Below, one piece after another: positions 29,498-40,277 of a stretch of 64,000 nucleotides of DNA; position 1 is the first letter of the stretch, and every line of letters begins with the position of its first letter. The stretch is from Eledone cirrhosa. Its lineage: Eukaryota. A program made the translations under genes and the position numbers. The notes below the pieces were generated by a model, which saw nothing but the letters and a program-made list of their open reading frames with translations, searched no databases and was not told where the DNA came from. The DNA lies in assembly GCA_964016885.1 (NCBI GenBank), contig OZ024741.1, positions 349,060,001 to 349,124,000 on the forward strand, given 5' to 3'.

Positions 29498-30085
29498 ATA
29501 AAACATGGGAAGAAAGAGGAAAACTGCGTGGTTGCACATGGGTTACATATTATAAAATTAGTCCCTCATCAGTGATTTGACAACCATCATTGGTATTTCA
29601 TCGCATTAAAAATCATATACCTCAGGTTGGTGCGAGCAATAACTAAAATAAGCTATTGGGACAAGTGAATCGCGTAAAGCGAGTGAGAAAAGTAAACAAC
29701 ATAGAAGGAAAAGCAAACCGAAGGTAGGAAAAAAGCAAGCAACATGATGGTTATCCGGTCACCGTAAGCTGGGTGAATTTCATGAGCGGTCAGAAAACAG
29801 ACTGTCCAACGTGAATGAGATGTGAGAAAGAAAGAATCCCACTACTAACGAACGGGAGGAAGTGAGAAGGGGAGAAACAGAAAGTGAGTGAGTGGAAGTG
29901 CGAGGAAGAGGTCAGTCGAGAGAAAGTGTAAATGACAGAGGGGGCGAAAGAAGGTGAGAGAAACAGAGAGAACGGTGGAGCAGAAAGAGAGAAACAGACA
30001 ATCGCAGTCGAGGTAAATATGTATAAAAAACATGGGAAGAAAGAGAAAAACTGCGTGGTTGCACATGGGTTACATATTATCAAAT
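29498..30085. repeat. Element bounded by ~60-bp direct repeats (period 527)
   Basis: aaaacatgggaagaaagag.aaaactgcgtggttgcacatgggttacatattat at about 29500 and 30027. Confidence 0.7.
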
Positions 30086-30091
30086 TATGAT

Positions 30092-30272
30092 AATGGTTTC
30101 TAATTTAGGCACAAAGCCGGCAATTTTAAGAGAAGGGGAAGTCAATTAAATTGACCACAGTGCGTTGCTGGTACTTTATTGTAACGACTTCCGTAAGGAT
30201 GAAAATCAAAGCTAACCTCGCCGGGATTTGTACCCACAATGTATGGACCCACAAGCATGTTGTCTGATGCTT
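30092..30272 (-). mobile_element. tRNA-derived SINE (octopus-type), diverged
   Basis: Consensus match. Confidence 0.7.
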
Positions 30273-30414
30273 CCCAATAATAATAATAACAATAAGGTAG
30301 TAGTTGCAGTTATGTTTGCGTTGATACGTATGTTTTCAACAATAGAAATATTTATATTTATTTAAATATAAATACATCTCGTCCAGCCCAACTGAATGAA
30401 TGTCAACTCTAATA

Positions 30415-30665
30415 CTCACAGTTACTAACGTCCTTCGGACTGGGTGCGTGTGCCTAAATCTACTACACACAGTTTTCAGCCGATTTCAGGCAGCCATACA
30501 ACGCTTCGAGATGTGTCCATCAATATTTTGTCGGCGTGGTTCACCAAAACAGACCGCTGAATATATACTAAGAGGGTGCCCGGAAATCTTCGCACCTAAG
30601 AGTATGGACCTCGCTGACGCAAATTCTCCCACCGTGAGCTGGTTACAATGCCTAAGGGACATCAT
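30415..30665 (+). mobile_element. 3' fragment of a non-LTR retrotransposon (Ingi/Vingi/RTEX-like C-terminal Cys/His motif)
   Basis: NVLRTG...CPS..C..G.PKQTAEYILRGCP...VSWL. Confidence 0.45.
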
Positions 30666-31109
30666 ATATTTACATCTGTCTCATATGCAAAATGAAGGAA
30701 ACTGGGTACAGGGAAAAGTAGAGTGAGGTAGAATCTATTTCATAGAAAGATAGAGGATTGAAGGGTTTTTATCATAAAACTATTCGACGACAAGAACACA
30801 AAGAAAGGCAAGCAAAAAAAAAAAAAAAGAATCAATAATGGAGTGTATACTAGTCTCATGACCTGCTGGAAATGACAGTTAAATTTCCCTCAAATCTTAG
30901 GCTCTTTTCTTAAATAAAATAAGAAAACATTAGGTTATATAGTCTTACATACCCTTAAAAAGACTAGATGGGTAAGGCTAAAAGACTTTCATTAGATATT
31001 CCGGGGATCAGTGGCATACAACAAGAATAATACTTAGAAATATCCCTTCTTAATTTTATTATTTCAAAAAGTACATATATATATATATATATATACACGT
31101 GCACAAATA

Positions 31110-31167
<58 letters not shown>

Positions 31168-31169
<2 letters not shown>

Positions 31170-31340
31170 ACAAAGGAATTGTGGTAAGGAACCAGATGGA
31201 CCATAACGCACCAGAGTACTCAATACTTAGGGTAGTAGAGTGGGAAATAGGAAAAAGTATGATCCCGACGGCAGAGCTCAAGCCGTTTCCAGAAATAGCC
31301 GTCGAAACGGCTTGAGCTCTGCCGTCGGGATCATACTTTT

Positions 31341-31345
<5 letters not shown>
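31168..31345. mobile_element. Fold-back PLE 3'-end remnant with 3' half of a hammerhead
   Basis: ataggaaaaagtatgatcccgacggcagagctcaagccgtttc / gaaacggcttgagctctgccgtcgggatcatacttttcctat. The half-ribozyme reads GAAA cggc ttgagctct gccg TC. Confidence 0.8.
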
Positions 31346-31404
<59 letters not shown>

Positions 31405-32049
31405 CGTATTTAATATATATATATATGCCTGTATATTTGTCAGTATGGGGCGTGAATACACATATTTCTATAAACTCTCACTGTGTGAAGATTTGCGCAT
31501 CAGGAACGCATATATGATCGCAATAACTGACATATACATACCATCACACACACATATACACACACATTCTCACATACATACATGCATGCAATCATACTTC
31601 ATACATACATACATACATAGCGAAAAACATTAATAAATGGATATATATGGATATACAGAAGAGCGTATAATCAGTGAAGCGAAACATTTATCCAGTGTAA
31701 ATGTGTTTATACGAACAACCGGTCAGCTCGGTAAAATCGCTTTCCATTAGAGGAAGCAAAAGGAGGCGGTGTAGTTCCGTTAGTCCGGCCACTATTCAAG
31801 ATCAGTCGGTCAGAAACAAACAAGACATTTATAAACTTTGATATTATGCCAAGTTTTAACAGTAAAGCAATATCCGTATTTACATTCACTCATTCATATA
31901 GAAAATACATATATAAACACAGACACGCACTCGCGCATATGTATGTGTTTGTGCACCTGAGTGTGTGTGTATTTACACAAAGACCAGTACATAAAAGCAC
32001 ACCTATTTATACACAAACATACATAAAAATGGACAAATATATGTATAAA

Positions 32050-32083
<34 letters not shown>

Positions 32084-33017
32084 AGTATGTGTGTATATAC
32101 AGAGAGAGAAAGAGAGAGATGTAAACGCACGTGCATACATGCACACACACACACACATAAACACATAAACACACACCCAAACACCCATAAAATGCAAATA
32201 TTAATGCGCAAATACACGCAAATGCGCACACATCTTCAAACTCACATTCACAGGACCGTCTCCTGACGGACAACCATATAGACACACACACACTCACACA
32301 CACACTCACACATCCACACCCTTACATATGCGCACTAACTCCTCACATTTTCTGTCAGCGATATATCGGAGTATTTCTTCGTTGGTCTTAATATTTACGA
32401 TTGTTTATTTGCTCTCCATTTTCAAACTAGCGCTAAAGAATACATTATTGCCGCTACCACAACCAGACAGCACACTATCTCCTCTACCACCACCAGTCTT
32501 CCTCAAACAACAACCAGCACAGAACACTATCAACTCCACTTCCAGCATTAGACGCCACACTATTAACTTTACCACGATCATCTCGTTCCAGCCACGATCA
32601 CAGACGCTTCCCACACTCCACTTACACCAATATCAATAATACCATCATTACTATACAGCAACAGCAGCACTCGTACCAACAACAACACTACAACTAACAC
32701 CATTAAAAATATCAACTTTTCTAACACCAAAACATAGAAACATCAACACTAACATTACAACAAAGTATAACCCCACCGCCACTACCACCACCAATATTCA
32801 AATCAAAACGGTATTAAAAAGGCCAGTAATGCCATACACACCCTCCCCAAAAAACTACCAACTGGCACCACTACCAACTCTCACCACCACCGCCACGGCG
32901 ACCACCACCAGACATTAAAACGGCCAGGAATTGCCACCAATACCTCCATTACAATTGCCACCAGATATCAATTCTACCAACCAGCAAACATCAACTTCAT
33001 CCTTATTAGTATTATCG

Positions 33018-33420
33018 ATTGGCAGTATCGGTAGAGGATCAGACGCCATGCTTTACAGCATAGAGTTACGTCCCTTTATGAGTTGTGTTCAAATCCCGCC
33101 GAGGTTAAACTTTACCTTTCATCCTTACGAGGTCGATAAAATAAAGTACCAGTAACGTACTGGGATAATTACTGGCCTTGTGCCACAAGTAGAAACAATT
33201 ATTATTAATTGGCAGTATTGGTACAGCGTCGGACACCCTGCTTCGCAGCATAGGGTTACGACCCTTTACGTTCTGAGTTCAAATCTCGCCGAGGTTAGCT
33301 TTGCCTTTCGTCCTTACGGCATCGATAAAATACAGTAGCAGTAACGCACTGGGGTCGAATTAATCGACTTCCCCTTCTGCAAAAATCAGAATAGGTCTTG
33401 TGCCTAAATCAGAAACCATT
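33018..33420 (+). mobile_element. Two tandem tRNA-derived SINE copies
   Basis: attggcagtat.ggtag..., gttcaaatc.cgccgagg and ...gtgcc..aagtagaaacaatt, each occurring twice. Confidence 0.85.
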
Positions 33421-34705
33421 ATTATTATCATCATCATCATAAATATCATCATTATAATCTTTCTCTTGTAGCTGCAATCTTCCTCCACTTGTTGCATCTT
33501 TCATAATCAGTTGTGGTCCCGTGGATGGGTGATTGACTTTGGCAATTAGCGACAAAACCCTTAACGCAAAGGATCTCGGTAGATGCTCTCACAAGTCCAT
33601 TGCCTCACCGTCATGGATTGGCATTTAATTTACCGATCCTGAAAGGGTGAAAAGCTTAGTTCACATCGTCGATTTGAACACAGTGCAGGGAGCCAGAAAA
33701 CATACCACGAGATATTTTACCACTTAAACTCTAACAGCCCTTTCACCTAATAGCAATACCACCAATGCACCAAAACTAACAAAACTACTTTCACACACCA
33801 AATCCACTAACCCAACAACACAACTAGCAACCCCAGCAACACAAACACACCAACACTAATCCATCAACAACACCAACACACAAACTTCTACATGGTCACT
33901 CAGTGTGTGATTGTAAAAAGAATTACTCATAATATAATGTAGCCGAACTTATATTAGTGCCTGCAAAAAAAAACGTGGGATGGTCACGAGTGGAACACCT
34001 ATGATCTATTATAAGCTGCATTCTTTCAGAGAAGAATTGGAGCTAACCAAGCAAAATAAACACAATACGACTCGAATATGAACAATAAGAAGAATCTCCT
34101 CGCTAATACAACCCTCACCATCAGCAGCAGTAGCATTATAACCATTGTCACTACTACATTAAAATAGTAATAATAAATAAATAAATAAAAGTCGATCACA
34201 AAAAAGTACAAATATGATAACAACTACAGCAGCACACAGAAATAACTCTACTTCTCAAATAATATTTTTATTGATTAGCTGCAGCTAACCGGAAATTATG
34301 TCCGCATAATATCGACGCCTCAAGTGCTCTAAGTACACCGGATGTAGTGCGTCTGGAAGATTGAAAGTTTGCAAAGAACTTCGAAAGTTATAAACTCCAT
34401 TCCAAGGATGATAAGAAATGGTTTGCTTAAGTAAGGAAAAGGATGGTTTGAAGAAAATACTGGTAATGTTGTTTGGATTTTTTTTTTTTTTCTCATATCT
34501 TTTAAAATAAAATCCAAGATCACGGGATATCTACTTTGTGCTAGAATAGTTTTGGAAATGATCCTCAATCAATGAATGTGATATGATATCTTCCACCCTA
34601 CCTATATCTATCACACACTGTGTTGACAAGATATATTCACCCTCTATCAGTGGTATCGCTAAAACTACATAGAAAAATCTATCTGCCTATGCCTATATAT
34701 ATATA

Positions 34706-34760
34706 GAAGATCCCGTTAAGGGTGAAAGCAGCGATTCTTTGCTTAAACTTTAATCTGTTA

Positions 34761-34768
<8 letters not shown>
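34706..34768 (+). mobile_element. Tiny Neptune-like pLTR remnant starting inside the HHR core
   Basis: agaagatcccgttaagggtgaaagcagcgattctttgcttaaactttaatctgttattttaat between (TA)n tracts. Confidence 0.85.
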
Positions 34769-34832
<64 letters not shown>

Positions 34833-35241
34833 GAGAGAATAAGAAAATGCGAAGTAGTTTCAGATGTTAAAGTTCTTTATTGGTCAGGCTGTGATACATA
34901 TTTCAATGAAGACAGTGGCCACGCGATTCCACCTAACCAGTGCCATGAACTCATCAGACAGCTTCTTACATAATAAGGTTACGTTCTCGAGGCAAACCAA
35001 ATTAAAACGAGAGGCAGGTAGCGTATGTGTCTACAAACAGAGAAGGGGATGAAGTGGCCAACGGCTATATCGCTGTCTATCTATCTATCTGTATATCTAT
35101 CTTTCTATGTGTCAATTTGCGGATAAACAAGATCTACTACTAATACTCCCCCTAATATTATCACTATGCTACTGCTTACTAGTAATACCACCACCCACTA
35201 CCACCTCCACTAATTCTACTAACACCAGTGCTAATAATAAT

Positions 35242-35994
35242 AATGGTTTCTGATTTAGGCACAAGGCCAGTAATTTTGGGGGAGGGGAAACATCGATTAA
35301 ATCGACTTAGTGCATTACTGGTGCTTTATTTTATAGACCCCGTAAGGATGAAAGGCAAAGTTAACCTCGGCAGGATTTGAACTCGGAACATGAAGCACCG
35401 TAATTCTATGCTGTAAAGTATGGTGTCCGACTCTCTACAGATACTGCCAATCCACCGCCCTACTGCCAATAATTGTTTCTACTTTAGGCACAAGGCCAGC
35501 AACTATCCAGTACATTACTGGTACTTTATTTTATCGACCCCGTAAGGATGAAAGGCAAAGTTAACCTCAGCGGGATTTGAACTCAGACTGTAAAGGGACG
35601 TAACTATGCTAGAAAGCATGGCGTCCGAGCCAATAATAATGGTTTCTTATATAGGCACAAGGCCAGCAATTTTTGAGGAGGGAAAGTGGATTAAATCGAC
35701 CCCAGTGCGTGACTGGTACTTTATCGACCTCGTAGGGATGAAAGGAAAAGATAACTTCGGCGGGATTTGAGCTCAGAACATAAAGGACCAAAACTCTATG
35801 CCACGAAGAAGAGTGACCGACGCTGTACCAATAATTGTTTCTACTTTAGGCACAAGGCCAGCAATTTTAAGGGGACAGGGAAGTCGATTAAATCGAGCCC
35901 AGTACGTTACATAAAGGACCATAACTCTATGCTGCAAAGCATGGTGTCCGACTCTCTACAGATACTGTCAATCCACCGCCCTACTGCCAATAAT
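35242..35994 (-). mobile_element. Head-to-tail array of four tRNA-derived SINE copies
   Basis: Repeated ggcacaaggccagc...aaggatgaaaggcaaagttaacctc...gatttgaactc units, the last one internally deleted. Confidence 0.85.
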
Positions 35995-36275
35995 GATAGT
36001 TTCATTTATTGGCCACAAGGGCCGACATATAGGGGACAATACAAAAATACAAAAGACAGGGACAGTGGGGATTACATATACAACGTGTAAACAATATAAA
36101 TAACAATAACAAAATAACAATAAAAATACAAGGAAAATTCAGGGTTCACTTAGATATCCCACCAATCCTGAAGCACCCGACGCTTCGAGAGCACCCGGGA
36201 AGGGCACCCATCTCCTCAAATCCCCCACCTACAGGTGCATGATCAGAGTAGGCCCACTCACACGGGCCATTCTCG
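35995..36275 (-). mobile_element. 5'-truncated Tx1-like LINE 3' end with 19-bp target-site duplication
   Basis: Reverse complement of 38170-38465. ccgccctactgccaataat occurs at 35976-35994 and 36276-36294. Confidence 0.85.
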
Positions 36276-36540
36276 CCGCCCTACTGCCAATAATAATAAC
36301 AACAATACTGTTGCTGCTGCCACTAAAGTTGACTGAGAGAGTGAGGCACTGGAGTAAATACAAGAGCATTTGTTCTAGTCTCACACTATGCTAAATTCAA
36401 ATCACTCTCGTATCTTGCGTTATATCTCTTCGTTACTTTGGAATTGATTTTCACATGGTGATTTGATCCAGATGCTGGCACTACTACTACCACTACTAAC
36501 AGTACTGCTAATGAAGCTGCTATTATTTTTACTACGACTA

Positions 36541-38468
36541 CTTAGATCAATCAAAAGCATTCGATAGGGTCGACTATCGGTATATGGAGGCAGTCCTCAT
36601 GGGGGCAGGCTTCGGCCCTGTCTTCAGAAGCTGGATAGCTGCAATGCACAGCGGCACCTGCTCGGTGATCAAAATTAATGGCCACCTCTCGGAACCGTTT
36701 CCGGTCGGTCTCCTGATCGGTCCGTCAAGGGTGCCCTCTCTCCTCCCTTCTGTACTTATTGACTCTCGAGCCTTTACTGCGGAAGCTGGAGCTGTTGCGG
36801 GGCATCCCGCTCGAACCGGGACGCGGAAAGGCTGTGTCGGCTTATGAGGACGACATCACCGTGATGTGTGTCAGACACCTCAGAAATCGAGGTGGTCGGC
36901 AACTTATTGGAGGATTATGAAAGGTTGACGGGAGCAAAACTTAACCCGGAAAAGTCAGTGGGCTTGCAACTCAGCACCTGGAGAGGCAGGTCCATACCGT
37001 CCAACAGCGTCGTTAGGCGCTGGACGGACGGACCGGTAAAGTTGCTCTGGGTTTGGTTCGGGCCAGACCTCCAGGTGCATAAGAATTGGGACGAGGTGAC
37101 GGGCAGGGTAACCAGTCTCACCCAGAAATGGGCTGCGAGAAAGCTATCACTAAAAGGTCGGGCGGAGGTGGCGAACGCGTACATCGCGTCCGTCATCTAC
37201 TACCGTCTGACCGTCGTCCCTTGCCCCCGTTCGCGCCTCGTCAAGTTGGAACGGCTCCTCTTCAAATTCTTGTGGAGAGGTCAGGTCCATCTGCTGGTGA
37301 AGCGGTCCATCTGCTGCCAGCACCCTCTATGTGGTGGGCTGGGCATGCCGTGTCTAATGATGCGCAGACACGCGCTGAGGCTGCGGCATCTCCAGATATT
37401 CTGCCTAAACGGTGAACAGGTGTAGTCGCCGTTTACCAGACGGGCCTTTCCGCAGCTCGTTTCTTTGACTGAGCTGCAGTCCTGGGTCAAGAAGAGACTG
37501 AGACTGGGTGACTGACATATGGAATGTTGCGAGGCACTCACTGCCCTCTACCAGGCGAGCAATGCGGTCAATGGAACTTCCACTCTCGAGTTCTATAGAG
37601 GATTAGTGGTGGGCAAGTGCGACGACGCACTCGGAGAGGCTCTGGTAGTCGACGAAGTTGAACTAACCAGTCTGTTCCGGAGGACTTTCGAGCCGGGGAC
37701 GAAGGATAATTTCAAAAAATCCCTCGCTTGGCAGTGCTACCGGGGGGCACTGCCGGTTCGAGATAAACTCTACAGGCACGGGAGTGCTGTCAGACGGACC
37801 TGCCCGAGATGCGCGCAGAGCGACGAAACCGTTCTGCACGCACTCGTCCAGTGTCCGTGCATTACTGACTTGTGGAGTTATGTCGAACAGCTGTTGTCGC
37901 GTGTAGAATGGATCCGGCTATCGGCCGAGTCCATGGTGAAGATCGACCCGCCGCCTTCTTTTGGCCAGGAAGGGCAGGAAATTTTCCTCTGTCTGGTGGC
38001 AGTAGCATAAGAGGTTGTATGGTGGACGAGGTTGAAAGGACTGAAGACAGACACTTTTCTCTTCAGCCAATCCCTCATCAACTTTTTCAAGTTTCACTTG
38101 GAAAGGAAGGTGAGGGTGGAGAGAGAAGTGCTGCTCCCCAGTACATTTGCTGAAAGGTGTGTGAATGCGGCGAGAATGGCCCGTGTGAGTGGGCCTACTC
38201 TGGTAATGCGCCTGTAGGTGGGTACATTTGAGGAGGAGAGGGGTGCCCTTCCAGCGTGCTCTCGAAGCGTCGGGTCGTTCAGGATTGGTGGGGTACCTGA
38301 GCGAACCCTGGGTTGTCATCCCCCCTATTGGGGAATTTTTCTTTTATTTGTCTTGTTACTTTGTTATTGTTATTCATATTATTTACTCGATTTTTTTGTA
38401 AAACCCCACTGTCTCAGTCTTTTGTATTGTCCTCTATATGTCGGCCCTTGTGGCCAATAAATGAAATC
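36541..38468 (+). mobile_element. 5'-truncated, decayed Tx1/L1-clade LINE (RT to 3' UTR)
   Basis: LDQSKAFDRVD, RQGCPLS, AYEDD, LSLKGRAEVAN, GGLGMP, CPRC..SDETVLHALVQC. Stops and frameshifts; AATAAA at the 3' end. Confidence 0.92.
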
Positions 38469-38576
38469 ACTATTTCCTAGGTTAACTTTGCCTTTCATCC
38501 TTACTGGGTCGATAAAATAAAGTAGTAATGTACTGGTTAATTGCTGGCCTTGTGCCAAAAGCAGGAACAATTATTT

Positions 38577-38609
<33 letters not shown>

Positions 38610-38703
38610 ATACCATTGTTGTTCGTGCTGCTGCAGCTACTGCTACTACTACTACTACTACTACTGCTGATGTTGCTACTACTACTACTACTACTACTAC
38701 TAC

Positions 38704-38737
<34 letters not shown>

Positions 38738-38963
38738 TCTACTACTACTATATGAATGTGATGTCTTCAATAAAGTGTTTATGACACAATTGGGTTATGA
38801 GACATTCCAGATGCATCTAGTGTCTCACTTATTTGAAGTATTCTTCTCTATAAATAACTGATGATGCATTATAACAACTGATACATCTAAGTTCATAACT
38901 TGATAACATTTAGCAAAAGTTCGAAACCTTTCGTTGTATCTTTTTAAACTGTTATCTGCCTTA

Positions 38964-39360
38964 CTGTATCTGGCTGGAAATAGATATCCAATGTAAGGAA
39001 ACTTGCGTTGTGGTATCTGGCTGGAAATAGATATCCAATGTAGGGAAACCTGCGTTGCTGTATCTGGTTGGAAATAGATATCCAGTGAAGGGAAATATGC
39101 GTTGCTGTATCTGTCTGGAAATTGATATCAAATGGAGGGACACCTGCGTTGCTGTATCTGATTGGAAATAGTTATCCAATGGAGGGAAACCTGCGTTGCT
39201 GTATCTGTCTGGAAATTGATATCAAATGGAGGGACACCTGCGTTGCTGTATCTGATTGGAAATAGTTATCCAATGGAGGGAAACCTGCGTTGCTGTATCT
39301 GCTTGGAAATTGATATCCACTGGAGGGAAACTTGCTGTATCTGGCTAGAAATAGATATCA
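38964..39360 (+). repeat. 46-47 bp minisatellite, about 8.5 copies
   Basis: Unit ctgtatctggctggaaatagatatccaatggagggaaacctgcgttg. A 93-bp dimer is repeated at 39107-39292. Confidence 0.92.
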
Positions 39361-39898
39361 TATATAGATATCATATATAGGTAAATCTCGCGCCGCACAA
39401 CAAGCTACCAAAATGTCAGTTGTTTGTGTATGATGATATCCTTTAGTATGAAAAGAGCCCGTAAAAGGTGGCGGAATAATAAAGGCACCGTGGTGTCATA
39501 TAGCATGTCATATGAATTTTTATAAGCCTGATGGAGCCCTTCTCGACGCCAGGTTTGATATTCTTTTAAAGAAACAAATCGAAACAAATGAATCCAGTAT
39601 ATCATTTCCAATCAATGTCTGAATTTGGAGTATGTATAGTGATATATTGGACTAGAATGTTAACATGATATTGCAAGTTAACCCCCAAAGCTAACACATG
39701 ACTATTATGTAATTCTGTCAAAAGTTAGATGAGTGAAGTATCCATTGTCGGATAACCTGATTGAACTATTCAGTAGTTAGTCAAGCATCCTGTTGATTCC
39801 AGAAACTCCCATTATCAATATTTGATTTCTTCTATTCATATATGTGATAAACTTTTAATCGACTCTTTAAATAGATGACTCGCTGTCAGAATGGCTGA

Positions 39899-39977
<79 letters not shown>

Positions 39978-40277
39978 TGTTTCTTTTATTTGCCACAAGG
40001 GCATCAAAAGTGGGACAAGTACAATGGGGGGAGTTTACAAAACAAGGCGTCCTCAATAGGTAGGAGGCAATAACAAAATATAAAAATAAAATAAAATATA
40101 ACAAAAAATAGAATTATAACAAAATCCTCAATAGAGGATTTTGTTATAAAATATAACAAAATCCTCAATAGAGAGGAGGCGCCTTGGGGGGTCTCACACA
40201 CCCCCGAAAAAAGTGTGCAACCCTTTTCCTCAGGAGCACAGAGAGGGGGTGCTCCCTCGTTCCTTCCTCTTTTCCAC

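Noticed and set aside
38528-38861. Thr/Ser- or Leu-rich ORFs (also His/Met-rich at 52217-52498)
   Set aside because: (ACT)n/(AGT)n and (CAT)n trinucleotide microsatellites.
38850-38945. CTGATGA ... GAAA cctttcg TT
   Set aside because: Stems I and II do not pair convincingly.
38964-39360. Regularly spaced repeats resembling a CRISPR array
   Set aside because: Units are contiguous with no unique spacers, there are no cas genes, and the context is eukaryotic.
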